A DNA stretch of 64,000 nucleotides, from assembly GCA_965202585.1 (NCBI GenBank), contig OZ241829.1:73408001-73472000 (forward strand), in the 5' to 3' direction. Position 1 is the first letter of the stretch. Each line of letters opens with the position of its first letter. Below the pieces are notes generated by a model, which was not told the origin of the DNA, did not search any database, and saw only the letters and a program-made list of their open reading frames with translations. Positions 35,096-50,229 of this stretch are shown here, piece by piece. Origin of the DNA: Thalia democratica (lineage: Eukaryota). Both the position numbers and the translations under genes were made by a program.

Positions 35096-36870
35096 CAATT
35101 CTAATTTTTTATATGATTAAAAGATAATAATAAACATAACAACTGAGATAGTATTGTATATGTAGTCAAGCTAAAATAAATAAAACTATTAATGATACTA
35201 AATTTAAATCCGTACGCAGGCTAATATGAACAAATACAAAAAATTAAGTTTAAGTATGTTTTTTTGGGTAATAAAAATAACCATCAAAAGTAATTTTAAG
35301 CATCTATTTTGGCTAATAAAAACAAATATAACTATAATAATTAAATTTGAATAAGAGAAGTGTGAGATAGATTTATGTGGCGCAGATGGCAAAACGAGTG
35401 AAATTATGTAAATGTAATCCTCAATGATTTAACGAATATTAAACATTTGATTATCCAATCAATAAATATTAGACTTACACTGGACTAGCTGACGATGGTC
35501 ACTATAAAGTTGTGAGTGTGTAGGATTCGAATAATATATATATGTATAATCAGATTACCATCTTCCTCACAGCAAGAACTACTCGATGGCTGTCATAAAT
35601 ATAAAGAAACGTAAACTACTAAAACAGAGTGTTAGAAAGCACAGCGCCACTTAAGCACCGGTCGTCACTTTAGCACGGGGTGACAATTTAGTACAAAATA
35701 ATTTCAGCTTTACTTTATATCAAACCATCAAATTTCGAAAATAGCTAGCAAAACAATAACTAAAACTTTAAAAAAACGTGAAGTACTTAACCAGATGTCA
35801 GAAAAGCAAATAGCCGTTTTTGCACGGGTTGTCACTATAGGTGAATTTTTAGTACGGGTCGTTATTTAAGCAGGGAGTGACACTTTAGCTTCACTTTATA
35901 CCAAAACATCAAATTTCACAAATGATCAATAAAACTATTCCAATTGAAATTTATAATAAAATTTAAGCCAAACAAGCGACTAACATCGAACAGTTTTTTT
36001 TTGAACACAGGATTTGATTCAAAAAAGTTTTATTGTAACTTATAGTTTAAAATTTGATAATACCACAAAACTTATAAGACTAAAGTACTTTTGCCCAGTT
36101 TTATTTCTTTATTGTAAATTTAGCAACTATTTAATCAATTAAACGATTAAATTGTTATGCAAAGTATATATAACATTAAAGATCACTGTTATACTAGTCA
36201 AAATAATTGAACATTCATTACAAAAAAGGCTTGTTCTTCTTAGGTTAAAAATAACTAGTTTTTACAACTGCATGGTGATAACTGTAATGTATAATTCAGA
36301 CTTCTTACCGCGTTACGACTCCGGGTAATACTTAACTGATTGAACTAAATACATTTTAAATTTAAAACTTATAATACTTTTTGATTTAGAAAAAGTTTTT
36401 GTATCAGTTTGTTGTTGTTAAATTGCGCTATTATTAACGAATTAATTAGAATATGTAAAATTTGACAGCAGTTGTTTTGTGCTTAAAAACACAAGAGTTG
36501 TGTTTAAAACATTTATTATGTCACAAGTAACTATTTTGTACTGTTTTTAGTACAAAATTTTAGTACTAAATATTCTTTCTACGCAAGTCATTTCATCAAA
36601 ATATCAACGTAATCTTTAAGCCAGGCAATTGAAAGTGACTGATATTTGTCACACTCAAAAAAGCTTTATTACTTGAGTGTGCTATAGATAAAGTGTGAAT
36701 ATGGTTTTATAACGTGCGGGTATTAGCTAGCAATGTGGCAAGCATATGGAATGGATTTTTTTTATTAGTTATTAGCAATTTTTTTCTTTTTTAAATCAAA
36801 AAGCACAGTTTAAGTCAGGTATATTTTTTATTTAACAATTTCCCAAGTAATTAGTTAAAGTTTTTATTAC

Positions 36871-37008
36871 CTGTTTCGTCTATTTCGATTTCTTTTTTAC
36901 CTCTCTTGTCTATACCATAAGAAAAATCCCAACTCCAAACTCTGAACCTTCGATTTGACAATTCTTGAAATTATGAAGCTTGGTAATCCCGTGAATTGAA
37001 AGACTGCT
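36871..37008 (-). other. Candidate non-coding exon, 138 nt
   Basis: ATTCTAG acceptor, ACAG|GTAATA donor; GC-richer island about 1 kb left of an X module; stops in all three frames. Confidence 0.4.
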
Positions 37009-37974
37009 CTAGAATATTTATTATAAATTAAAAGTTTGTCTTCATTAATTATGAAAATTTCTAGTTTACTAGCAGTTTAAATTTTGAAATAAAGTTTTTT
37101 ACATGAGGTAATTGTTTCGATAGATAGAAAGTTTTCTTATATTTTTAATATACAGTAATTTAAGTTTATAGAAATTAATCTTTAAGATAACTTTAGTAAA
37201 CTTATAATGCTTTTTAAATGTTAAAAAAACACTAATTTAATCAACTAAGTTTCTTTTATAAACAATGTTTTAAAACCTCAGTTTAAATAGTTTACTTATA
37301 AACAATAAACACTACATAAACTTTATAGTCATATTAGTTATGCTGAATTTAAAGATTTAAATGAAACTAACTTTAAAATAAATTTTAAGGTTGTGGTTTT
37401 TGTTATGATTTTTCAATATTAAAAGCTTGTAAATAAAACTGTTTTATGTTTTTTTAGCTTATTTCAACAAGTTATAAGCATTGTAAAATTAAGTAGAGGT
37501 ACTTATTATATATTTTTTTAATTTAAAACAAAAATCGGAATAAAACTTTAATTTTTATTTCTTAACATAATGATTGACTTTAAACTTAAGCAACAAATAC
37601 TTGTCAAATTTATGTTGCAAAGTTTATAATATTTTTATATTTTTTCATAGCACATTATATGTTGAATTAGAAAAAGCTTTGTTTTTTACTACAATGTATT
37701 AAAACTTTTGTTTTATTTTTGTTGAAAAATTATAACCATTAATTCTCATAGGAATAAAAAGTTTTCAATCAAACAGGTTTATTATTTTAGTTAAGTAGTT
37801 GTCAACATAAGTTTTGTGATTTTATATATAACAAATCTTAAAAATTTTAATACAGAAAAATCATTGCAATTTACATCGAACGACCGTAATTTATTGTGTT
37901 ATTTCGACCACAAATCAACAAATTTCACAGAAGTTTTTAAAACTTCATAAAGACGGCACACAAGTTAAAATACT

Positions 37975-38235
37975 ATTATGACGTCACGCGTAACACGATA
38001 AAGTTTTTGTTACGTCACAATTCACTTTTGCCAACCAACCGTAGTTCGAAGCGGAATCACCGAAAAGTTTCGAAGTTAAAAATGAATTAGTTTTAAGTCA
38101 TGTGGAATGACTGTTAAAAGTGTTCAGCAACGAGGCTACAAATTGAATCAATGCAAGCCAACTTTAAAAGTTTAAATTTGCTCAATCGCTCTGAAGCAAC
38201 ATATGTGCTCTTAAAATAGAAATTTGCAGAATTTT
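37975..38235. promoter_or_regulatory. X module
   Basis: TGACGTCA (37979) / TTACGTCA (38010), GTTCGAAGCGGAATCACCG, AGTCAT-N5-ATGACT. Confidence 0.65.
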
Positions 38236-38438
38236 AAAAATGTGTTACAAAATTTTATAAGTTTTTTGAAGATTTTAAAGGGAGTTTTAAAAGGAAGCTT
38301 TAATTATGAAGCGACTATTCATAAAGGGTATCAGATCTGAAATACTTTTCATATCAAAAAGATATTTTTATTTGAGAACTTAGTGTATTTGAGGTGTTTT
38401 TGCTAGGGTTTAAATTATTTTAAGAATTTTAGTTTAAG

Positions 38439-38660
38439 TTTTTTTTTAATTTAATTTAATTTAATTAAAAATTAATTTAATCAATATTTATTTATTAATT
38501 ATTTTATTTATTAACTAAATTATCAATACTAATTAATAAATAATAAATATTATAATAATATTAAATAATAAATAATATTAAATATAATATGTTAATATTA
38601 ATTATAATTATATTTATTTATTATTTATATTAATATTTAATTAAAAATTAATTTAATTTA
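38439..38660. repeat. Near-pure A/T low-complexity tract
   Basis: About 220 bp with only a few C; the paralogous site near 8220-8260 is short. Confidence 0.85.
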
Positions 38661-39707
38661 AGTTTAAGTAAGTTAAGAGTTTTAGTTAAAGTGACGTGGA
38701 AGTTTGTAAAAACCTAGGAAGTTACACAAAAATAGTTTTTGCCTGTTGTCTCAAATTAAAGAAGCAAAATGATCGCTAAAGTCTAACGTTGTTGCACCAG
38801 AAAGCCTTGTTAACCATTTTTTGATTAAAATAGCGGTCGTCAAAAACATATAGCTAGCAGCGTTTGGGCCCGCCAATTAAAAGGTTTTTTTTTTGTGAAC
38901 AAACTAAACACGTTTTTAAATATTGCATTACGCCAAGGAAAGCATTCGTTGCATTCGTCTGTAGGAGGAAGTTTTTGTTGAACAACCACCGCTTGCCAAA
39001 ACCTGAGCAGCCTTTCAGCTGTTGTTGTTTCACTAAGTTGTTGTTAACCTCCCTCAACGGATTAAAGAAATAAGTAAGTTGGATATGAGTCACTGACAAA
39101 CAATAACGAATAATACCTTAAACTTAACCCACAAACATGGAAGCTCGAACGTCGGTAGCGTGAGTAGTGGTACGAGTTATAAAAGTATAAGTAACAAAAA
39201 GATTACATTTATTGTAAGGGACTAGCATCTTCTTTTTTTTTTAAGGTTAACATTGCAACTCTTAAGAAACACACGTTGCTGGTCTACGATAAATTAGAGA
39301 AAGTTTGTTTTTAATTTTCTATGGTTTCATAAGAATGAAGATCACTGAATGGAAAACTGCGACCCGCGATAATATAAATGTGGCCCAATAAGCGAATTAC
39401 AAATTAAACTTATCACTTTTAAAAAAAATAATAGCTTGAACTTTTTGCAATCAGCTTTTTTAATGTTTACAATAGTGAGCATAAGCAATCATTTATTTCG
39501 TTAGGTCTCGAGTTTGTTACAAATTCTAATGAGGTTTAAAGAGATCGCTAATTTGATTGAAGTTTGACGTGACATCGAACCAATACGTGCCAAGTATTAA
39601 AGATGAAGTTCGACATATCAATTGTCATTTCTATTTGTTCTCTTAATGAATAGTTAATTTAAAAGACTCGTAACGCAGTACGGAATGACCACTTAGAAAT
39701 TATAGAG

Positions 39708-40050
39708 CTATTATGACGTCACCAGTAGTGCAAAAAAAAAAAAACGTGACATCACAATTCATTTTCGCTTTACAAATCAAAGTCCGAAGCGAAATCACCG
39801 TAAAGCTTTAAAGTTAAAGATACAATTATATTAAGCCATTTCAAATGTTTGTAAAAATTCTTCCTTTGTTGATAAACAAACTCAAACATTGCACTTTAAC
39901 AAGACTCATTGAACCCAATTTTTATTTTGAAGGCAAACGATTGCTGTCTTAAAGATTAACATTGTAACTATCATGGAACACACTTTGCTGGTCTACGGTA
40001 AATTAGAGAAAACTATTCTAATTTTCTACGGTGTCAATAGAATTTTTCGG
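39708..40050. promoter_or_regulatory. X module
   Basis: Paralog of 9955-10300; TGACGTCA at 39714. Confidence 0.6.
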
Positions 40051-40334
40051 CTATTTGATTGAGATTAAATCTATAAGGTTGTTTAAACTTAACTGTATAA
40101 GAAGTCTGTTTATATTTTTAAAATTTATTTTCTAGTAAAAATAATGTGTCCTTTATAATACTCTTAATTGAAAAATAAGCTCGAGGGATGTAGAGTTTTG
40201 TAGCTTTTTTATTGTTTTTGTCTATTTTTAGATATTTCAGTATTTATAAGCAAAGTAACAAATTATTTTTTGTGCACCTTACAAGAAATTTTTCGCAAGA
40301 CATTAAAAGAAGCATTTGACAAAAACGCACTGAC

Positions 40335-40462
40335 CTAACATCATCTTCAGCAATTGCAGCATACGCCTGCGAGGAATCCATCTCATCGACCACCTCTGTA
40401 GCGCCTTCAAGTGGCTCGTATAGTTGCTGAATGTCTCCGTTCATTTTGGTTGCAACTTTCAT
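40335..40462 (-). CDS. Possible small acidic protein exon MKVATKMNGDIQQLYEPLEGATEVVDEMDSSQAYAAIAEDDV
   Basis: Acceptor TTCTAACAG at 40480, donor GTTAG|GTCAGT; same frame as 10918-11039. Confidence 0.3.
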
Positions 40463-40964
40463 ACCACCGTTCAGATAGACTGTTAGAAATCATTTATTTT
40501 AAAAAGTTTACTATAAATTTAAAACAAAAGTGTTTATTTTATTTTATATAGCCTTTGATTTAGGTGACATTTTTGCTGTTCAGACAAATACAATAAATTT
40601 CAAATGCAATCTGTTCTCGTTAAAAGTATCTCTAGTTAAAAATAAAATTTAATTGACTTATTATAAATATTTTTTGATCAAATTGCAGTTTTAGCTTTGT
40701 TCATTGATTAATTAAAAAATAAAGTTATTTACAAACAATAATAGGTAAAGTAGTATTGTGTTTAAAAACAGTTTAACTTTTATAAGTATTATAATTCAAT
40801 AATTTCATTAATTAAAACTAACGAAATTAACGGTTGCAATTTATTTTTGTTTACGAAACCGCATGACTTGTAAATTTTTACACTTGTAAATTTTTCTTTT
40901 ACATTTTAAAAGACTTTTAACGTTTAACGGAAAGTCGGCTAATAGAAAACAAAAAGTCAATGTG

Positions 40965-41265
40965 ACTTCAATGACTACATAAAACAATAAAGTCTCGTCA
41001 CAACTCACTTTCGTTTCACTAGCTGGAGTTCGAGGCGAATTCACCGAAAGACTTAGAAATCAAAGATACATTCATTTTAAGCCATCTTGAATGGCTGTTA
41101 AAATAAGCAAATAACGAGGATAAACAAGAATACTCTTCGACTAGACACTCTAAACCCAATTTGTGCTGTGAAAGCGAGTATTTTCCGCACTCGGCCTATG
41201 ACGTAATACTTAAATACAGACTTGTTTGTGACGTAAAAATTTGAGAGCTGCTTTTTTCTATGTGT
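40965..41265. promoter_or_regulatory. X module
   Basis: Paralog of 11505-11810. Confidence 0.65.
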
Positions 41266-43104
41266 TGTAAGCATGAGTTTTAGTGTTGATAAACTTTAAG
41301 GTTTTTTCTAGATACGTTTTAGTTGATTTCTACATATAGGTGGTTTTAATAGTCTTCAAAATATGCACAGAAATTACGGAAGAAATGTGTTGTTATATTT
41401 TAAGCATTTAAAAACATACTGACACTTTACGAAGCTTATCGTGGATTCCTTTACTGTTTATTGTCGTAAGAGATATTTGTAACATTTTTTTTTCCATGAA
41501 AAATCACCAATAGCAAATTAAAGTATTTATCTTCGATTATCTAACAATTCAGAATATAAGAAACCCGATAAATTCATTGTTAATAGATAATTTATTTTCA
41601 CATAGTTTTTAGAATAAATTGCCTCTGTTATCTAGTCAAATTTACAAAGCACTATTTAACTTATTCAACCAAGGATGACCACAGCTCAGTCAAAAAAGTG
41701 GTTAGTTTTTACGAGAAGATTAAAAAATTTAATATCAGCCTAAAAAAAGAAAATTATTTTGTTTTTGCAACGTGCACAAAACAAGCAAATTGATAATTTG
41801 CTTGTTAATCAATAAAAACACTAAAAATAAAATATGATTAGTTGATTGAAGTAATCATTGGTGTAAAAAACCATTGGCATAACAATATTTTCAGTGCGAG
41901 TATAATGCCTAGCAAAAGCTTGTAATTTCGTAAGCACTTACCTTGCAGTAAATGGATGCGAACGTAGTAAGTTAAAAATATTAATTTAACAAAAGAAGCA
42001 ACACGTAAATGTTGCAGGTAATAACATTAAAATAACTTTAGCATTTATTAGAAAAACAGGTCTTTAGTAATGTCAATATGCTATCAAAATATTTTTTTTT
42101 CGTGAAGACAGATAATTTGGTCGCTAACTGAGATTTGCAGTTTGTACCAGCACTTTCCTATTTTAAATTTAAGAAAACAGTCAAATCAATATAATGTTTA
42201 ATACAAAGTCTGTTTTAGGCTTAAATCTGTTATTGCATACTTTCAATAAGAGTGGTTTTAGAGATGAAATGTCACTTTTTTGTTTGTTGACAATCCAATA
42301 AAAGTACTGATTTGGAGTACGAGATTATTATTTAAGACTCAAGATCAAACATACGCACACTAAGATAAATATTTGATAATTTATTATTTTAACAGATCGC
42401 TCGTTTTTTATATATAAGGAGTATTTTCATTGAGTGACCACAAATAGTTGAGCAACATGTTTGTCATAAAGCGTGTGCCTCAACGTTTTAAGTATTTATA
42501 CGACATAGCTAACATTTTTTATAGATCACAATATCTTTTATGTAAGAGCAAATAAACAACTTAAAACTATGGCAACTCTGGTTGTTTGTAACAAACACAG
42601 GATAAATAAAAAATATTGTACTCAGCTTTCCTGAGTAATTCGATAGTCATGGTCATAGAAACTAATTAATTATTGTTAAATTTGCTGATTGTTAAATTTC
42701 CCGAGTATCGAAAGTCTAAAAAGTCTGCTTAAACCAAGAAATACCGAACGATGGCAAAGAAATGGCTAACGAGTTTGGGTTAAACTTGTTCGCTGCTTCT
42801 GGCAGAGAAGATACAAGTCAGAATTAAAAATAATAATAAAACCAGGGAAAACAATGTCCAAATCAAAAAGAGCAAATGACCAACCATAACCTCAGAGCTA
42901 ACGCCAGTCACGGGTAGCCTGAAACTCCGACTGACAACGATGTTTGTTATAGGAGACAATGAAGAAACTGCAACACAGCAATGAGGTGCATCGTTACTCA
43001 ACAGCCACAAAAAAACTAGTTACAATGATATAAATGTCCTTTAAAAACACTATCAAGAAACATAAAGTAGTCAATTTACAGTCTGCTATACTCTCTAACA
43101 CCAT

Positions 43105-43200
43105 ATCTAACAGATGACGTCATAAACCATTTTTGACGTCACACACGAACCTTTAAACAGGCTTGTGAGAAACTCATAAAACTGTTACAACCTGAACCAA
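43105..43200. promoter_or_regulatory. R module
   Basis: TGACGTCA at 43115 and 43134, then GAACCTTTAAACAGG. Confidence 0.6.
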
Positions 43201-45149
43201 GAACACTAAAAACACATATCAAAGAATATTAACATGAAAATTTTAAAAATAAAATGATACAATACGAAGAGTACAGTTATGGAATGTATAATTATAAAGA
43301 ACATGAAAATTATAAAAATATTAATAAACCTGCTCGTATCGTGCCAGAGCAGCAACCAATCAATGGAAAACAAAGTCAGCATACATTTGTTGCAATACGG
43401 AATACGTAAAAACCTAAAAATAAACAATTTATAATGATTTGATCATAAAAAATGTTATAAACTAAATAGTTGGTCCTTTACATATAAACAACGATAGGCA
43501 ATTAAAGACAGTATTTTACTGAAGCGAAAAAAACGTCAAGATACAAAAAATGAACGTTTGAAATAAACAAAACTCCAGCAGTCAACTTAAAAGACTCACT
43601 ATATAACCTAAAACTTTTTGTGAAAAGTTTTGGTAGGAACAGTATACCAACAAGATAAATTTGATAAATGGAATTAATAGGTATTCAACAGCAAATCAGA
43701 GCAGGTTAAATAAATTAATTAAATCATATTCATTAGTAATGCTTTTTGAATTATATCACTTACCGGAAATGTAAAACTCATCACTATAAAAGTAATAGTG
43801 CATGATATTTTGGACATCCAAGTTTCAAAAACTGCGATAAGTGTTATACATTTGACATTCTGATGAACCACACTTTATGACTAACTAAATCAGAGTTACA
43901 CGAGTAAAGTTGAACATGTTCTTCGTAATGAACTAGAAAGCTTAAAGATTGTTTCAAGAAACAGAATAACAAACATTTAAATATTAGGGAAATTAAAGAG
44001 AAGGTAAAATTGGTAAAATGTTTCTAGAAACTACTAGGATACTAAAATATAATGAAGATAAAATATAATATGACGGTAAATATGATAATTTTTAATATGG
44101 TAAATATACTATTTACAATGATAAAATGCAGTAAACGTCATTATAAAAATACTATCAAAAAACACAAAGTAGTCAATCATTAGTCTGCTTTACTCTCTAA
44201 CACAATTTCTAACATATGACACAAACACAATATGAATGATAATACAAATTTCTAACACACAGACCTTCAAACAGGGTTGTGAGAAACTCACAAAAATGTT
44301 ACAACCTGAACCAAGAATAATTTAAGACACGTACCAAAGAATATTTACATGCAAAATTTCAACATAAATTGATACAATATGAATGATACTGTTCTGGAGT
44401 GCATAAATTATATAAAATAGAATAAGCCTGCTCACCGAAAATTATCTTGCCACAGCCGCAACAAATCAATGAAAAACAATTGTTGCAATACGGAATACAT
44501 AAGATCTTAAAACAAACTTCGAAACAACTTAAATGAATTGATCACAAACAATTTTTTTAACCAAACTATTTAGTCGATTACATATAGATATTGATAGGCA
44601 ACTAAATACAGTATTGTACTGAAGTAAAAGCAATGTCAAGATACAAAAATTGAAAGTTTAAGATAAACAAAACTCTAGCAGTCAACTTAAAAAAAGTACT
44701 ATAAAACCTATAACTTTTTTGTGAATATTCAAGAGAACGTGGTCGTTTTGGTAGGAACAGTATACCAGCAAGGAAAGTTTGATAAATGGAGTCAATAGCT
44801 AATAGCACATCAGAGCAGTTTAAGTAACGATGTAATCATAAATATTAGTGATGCTTTTTTGAATTTTATCACTCACCGGAAATGTAAAACACATCACTAT
44901 GAAAGTAATAACATATATTTTATTTTAAATCCAAGTATCGAAAACTGTGATAAGTTTTATACATTATTTATTAAAATATATTACATTAGCCATGCTAATG
45001 AACCACCGCTTTATGACTAGCTAAATCAGAATTACACGAGTAAAGTTGAAAATATTTTTCCGTGATGAATTAGAAACCCTAAAGGTTGTCTTAACTAACA
45101 GAATAACCAATATTTTACCGTTAGGAAAAATGTAGAACGAGTAGCTGAG

Positions 45150-45480
45150 ACGGGGACAAATGCACTGAGCGACAATTTTGCATGGATTTAATTTTTTATA
45201 GTAGTCAATTTGGCGCAGGTGTCAATTTTGCAGGATGTCACTTTTTCACAAGTACCAATTTTGAAATCGTAATTTTTTATGATCGTGAACTTAGTATTGA
45301 GTAGTTACTTTTTACTGATGTCAATTTTACAAGGCGTCGCTTTTTCACGGTTGTCATTTTGCATGAAGTCTAGAAACTCTCTTTACTTGCCTAAGATATA
45401 TACGAAAATGAAGAAAGCAAATTTTACATTGTGCAAAATTAATTACTTTACAAAACTGACTACACGTGCAAACGTGACCC
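45150..45480. mobile_element. CGTGCAAAA-family element
   Basis: Paralog of 5606-5970 and 14351-14893. Confidence 0.6.
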
Positions 45481-45702
45481 TTCGCTGTTTAAGTATCTTC
45501 GAAGAGGGCTTGTATCTTTGTAAATAAAAGTAGCTTGGGACTCCTTATATAGATACAGTTATACAAATTTTTAAAAACATATGTTAAGACTGATTTAGGT
45601 TTAAACATCATAAGTAGTAGCTTAATTAACCAAAGACAAAGTGGTGCATAAAAAATATTTCTGGTTACTTACACTATATGTAATATAAATATGAAAACTT
45701 AC

Positions 45703-45797
45703 TTGGAGTGTTTGCTAAGCTTGCAATTTTCAACATTGATGTCATTCTTAGAAGTCATTGCTCGTTTTTCTTTCTCAAAAATAGCATATCCCTCCAG
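45703..45797 (-). other. Candidate non-coding exon (S1), 95 nt
   Basis: TTTGTTCAACAG acceptor, GTAAGT donor. Confidence 0.6.
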
Positions 45798-47879
45798 CTG
45801 TTGAACAAAAATTGAATATTTATTCGAATAAAGATTTTAATCATACTATTAATGAGTTTTGCGTATTTTGCTTTATAAATAGTTTAGCATTGCCGTTTAA
45901 ACCTACAGTTAAAGTTTTGTTTTTTTTTTTTATGACTTGATTACTGAAGCTACTTTTCGGAACTATTCAAAAAAAAACTAAAAACACATAATAGTATTGA
46001 ACAATCTTACTAAATAGTTAGTTTTCTTTATTTAAAAATATTGATAAAAAAATGAAGTGATAATAAAAGATTTACCACACGATCAGCTTATTAACAAACA
46101 ACTCTTATTATAAACTATTAAAATTTTTTGACTAAAGTTGTTTTATAATTAACAACTTTGGAATCTAAGCAACTTATCAAATTTTACTTCAAACTGAAGT
46201 ACTTTTGACGTTACAAAAAACGTTCAGTATAAACGTTCAGTAAAATATAATGAATTTTATTATCAAGTAATTTTAAATGTTTTTTTAATGCTTAATAATA
46301 CTTATTATATGAATATTTTTTTTTAATTTTTCTTAATCTTTTTTTTGTCTCATTTTGTAGTACAGTTTGACAAAATCAAAAGGCTTTATTATCTACATTT
46401 TTAATAAACCAAGCCTTAAAAAAACTAAGTTTCAAAAAAGTGGGTTGACAAGAACACAATGATAAGTAAGTAGCTCTGTGTAAAAAGTTTAAAGCCATTT
46501 TTTATTTTTAGCATCATTTATTTTATCTGCTTCTTAATAAAAAGTTACTATCTTAAATGCATATTTTATAATACTTTAATGATATGCTTAAACTTACTCA
46601 CTACATATATAAAATTATGAAAAGTTATTTTGATGTTTTATTTTAATCAGTCTTTAAATGCTTTACTCTATACTTGAGCTATGACAAAGAGTATAATAAA
46701 AACATAAGCCATTAAGCCTGAAACACGTTTAGATTAGCCTCAGTGATATCTATTATTACAAGTAATGTTTATTATTACATGTTATTGTAACAATTTTGTA
46801 TGCTGCTTCTGACATAGTATACATAAATATAGTTTTTTTTTTGTAACATTTATAAAGTATCATTGTTACAAAGTAGTAGTAAGATAAATAAAGAACTTTT
46901 TTCAAACCTTTATTTCGTTCTAAAAACAAATATCAACTGGTAAACTAATTTCATATTATTAGTTTAAGCTTGTAGTTTTAAAGATCGCATTCTTGTGTAC
47001 AGTTATTGATAGATATATGCGCTAGGATAATAATTTATACTAAATAATTTATTACTGCAGTTCTTGTTGTCATAGTTTAAGTTTTTATTCTTTTTAGTTT
47101 GTATAGTAATCTTTTAAAACAAAGTTTGTTTACTACAGCTCATATGAAAAAGACTAGCTTTTATTTTTTGTTTAAACATAACTTAAAAATTTACAGAAAA
47201 CTTTTAAGCTACTAACCGAAATGTTTACACGTCGACTATTTAATTATCACTATTTCATAATTCTCATACATTAACTACTTCATTCGAATGTTACAGGTTT
47301 TTTTTATATGAAATATAAGTACATTTAAATTGAAAACTAATGATAATCTAACTTGTTTTAAAGTGACAAACTATAAAAGTATTTATTTTATGTAAGTTCT
47401 AGAAGCATTTTTTATAGTTTTCTATAATAAAGAATAATGAATAACAAACAAAAACATAAGCAAAGCTTCTGCAATATAAATATTATTATTTAGTTAAAGC
47501 AAAGTTTACATGAACAACAACAAACATTTTAATTATTTTTCTTTTAGTTCATTTATATTAGATTTTCGTCATAATGTTTTAATGGCTAGTCACTTAAACA
47601 AATGTTAAGAACTTGCCTGTCTAGTTAATTTAAAAACATTTATCATATTAATTTGCTTGGAATAGACAAAATATTTTTTGTAGTAAAAATACTTAAAAGT
47701 AAAACAGTATCATAACAAAACAAAATTAAATTTATACTTGACATTTTAAGTTTAAAACTTATATCTTCGAGGAAAATGTTTATATTTAACAACTGCATTT
47801 GAGTTGTTTTGTTATAAGCGAATGGTCAAAAAACTTCACAGCACTCTCGGCACGATAGGAGAGAAGAGAGCAAATAACT

Positions 47880-48160
47880 GTTGTGACGTCACAGTTCAAA
47901 GTTGCTTCACAAGTCGATGTCCGAGGCGAAAGCACGGAAAGCTTACAAGTCAATGATGAATTGATTTTAAGTCATGTTAATAACGACTGTCAAATAGAAG
48001 GGCACTATGAAGTTGTAGCAGTATCTACTACTTTAACTTGACAACAACTGAACCTAATTTGTATTGTGATAGTCAGAAGTTGCTGCGTTCAAGTTGTGAC
48101 GTCACCAAAAGCTACTACTATCAATATGACATAACATTTTGAGAGTTTCTTTTTTAAGTT
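47880..48160. promoter_or_regulatory. X module with perfect GTGACGTCAC at both ends
   Basis: TGACGTCA at 47884 and 48097; stem TTGCTTC/GAGGCGA; central AGTCAT-N7-ACGACT; TTTTGAGAG-T run. Confidence 0.65.
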
Positions 48161-48338
48161 TTTTTTTTTTGATCTCTACATACCGGTGGTTCTAAAAACG
48201 CTCACAACTTGCACGGAAACTAGCTATTCAAATATTTTTTTTATTTTCAAAAATACACTTTGTAGAGTACACTTTGTAGAGAGATCCAGTTTTATGATCG
48301 TTTTTGATAATTTATCATAATTACATGTAGTTTAATAC

Positions 48339-48906
48339 ATGGATATGTGTCAAATACGTACGAAGGGACACTTCTGCTCGGAAACACCTTTGCACGAAGG
48401 GAAGTTTTTGCAAAAGAAACTTAAGCGCGAAGTTAAAATTTAAAAAAAAGTTAGTTTTAACATTCTATTTTCTATACTTTTACTATCAGTGATACCCCTA
48501 AACTTTACCCTTGGTCAGTAACTATTTTTTTCTTATTTGTTAATATTTTTTATATGTTATTTTGTTTTTTTTTTATTAATAATATTTATTAATTTACTTA
48601 TTAATATTAGTTTATTATTTATTGTTTTTTTTTTTTTTTTTTGATTTTTACATTTTTTATTACTTAAAACTCATTTTATAATTTTATTGATTATAGTTTA
48701 ATTTCTAATTATCTATTATTTATTTATTTCTAATAGTTATGTTTGTTTTTTCTTTTTGTTTTGCTATCACTTTTACCCTCGGTCGGTTACTAATTTTTTC
48801 TTAATTTTTTTCGTTTTTTTAATAATTTTTAATTCTATAGTTTTATTTGTTTTAATTTTTTTATTTTATTTACTGTAGTGTAAAAGTTTCTTCGTGCAAA
48901 AGTGAA
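48339..48906. mobile_element. ATGG-ended CGTGCAAAA-family element, right end truncated
   Basis: ATGGATATGTGTCAAATACGTACGAAGGGACAC matches the left end at 2081. Confidence 0.6.
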
Positions 48907-50229
48907 TCTTTGTTTCTTCACAGTTAGCTCATTTGTTATAAAAAGGCAGTGAACGATCTTAAATAGCTTAGTATCATAAAATAATAATTTCAGATCCGAC
49001 TCAGCGTTTTGAGCATAATTGACATACTTCGTATAATCTTTATAGAACATAATCAAATAAGGTCAAACAAGTAGCCAAATATTGTGGCAGCTCTGCTTGT
49101 TAGTAAATGAAGTAACTAATATGCCAGTATTATCAAATATCGAATTTAATAACGAATATTGTAAGTAGCTCTCTCATTGTTTGCAACAATAAGAAACAAT
49201 TATTTAGTTAGCAACAGCAAGTAATCTCGTCAGTCAAGAGACTTAAACACGTACCAACTTCCAAACCTCCAATTAACACTAGCGTAAATTAACACAAAAT
49301 GTACATAGCCTCCTACTACCCCTTTTTTAATAGAAATAAATCAATTGGTTCATTTTTCTTTAGTTTATAACTACTAGTAGGCGCATGATCCAAGCACCGG
49401 ATAGTTCATTGAAAGTAGCTATTTTCTTATTTAAAACAATGAATACAATAAATAATCAACATGTAGATTTGTTACAACGCTTTTAATCGCTGATTACACC
49501 GGGAGTTATTCGGGAAGTCGGAAATGAGATTTGGACAAAGTGCCGAGTTAATTAGATGCAGTTCGCCTTTTTATCTGATCCATCTTTGTCAAAAGCAGAT
49601 TTGTATTTTATTAGTGGATTATTTCAATTTAAAGAACAACGTAGATAAAGATAAAATTAAACTGGAGTTTGTTTATACTCTCTTAACTCGAAACAAACTA
49701 AAATGTAAAATATCAGTCAACCTTTTACGGGATTCAGCAGAGTTTTGGAGGTATAAATATATTCGTGTGGCGCAAAAGACTAAACACTAGAGAAGAAGCG
49801 AGATGAGTGAAAATGACATGAAACAGACATCGCAACTCTCTTAGAAATCCTTCGAGCAGCTTATTGTTGATAATATTGAGACACCAAAAATACTGCATAA
49901 ATTTCAACTTTTTTGTCAACCGTGACACATGTTTAATGAAAAAATCATTATGCGGTAACAATCAAAAATTCCCGTTTCTTTGCAGTATGTTAAGGTTAGG
50001 CGTAAAGTGTTGATAACTGCCCGACCAACAGACTACAACGGCATCAGAGTCAATAAATTAAAATAACAAAAACATAAAGTTCATGAATACGAAGAATTTA
50101 AACATGGACATATAAACAAGCCTGCTCATACAAATAGCTAGCTCGAAAAAGAACCACGTAACAAACCAAGGCGGGCATAAAGTCCACATGCGGTTGTTGC
50201 ACTAAGACTGTCAACACAGATACCTCAAT

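Larger units (their letters stand above)
8125..38336. repeat. Copy A of a ~30 kb tandem segmental duplication
   Basis: Collinear with 38337-64000, e.g. 8460~38865, 11590~41044, 19500~48910, 23887~53669, 28020~57850, 33795~63450. Confidence 0.9.

Noticed and set aside
49985-50010. CCTAACCTTAAC as a telomerase RNA template
   Set aside because: Does not match 1.5 copies of TAACCC and varies between paralogs.
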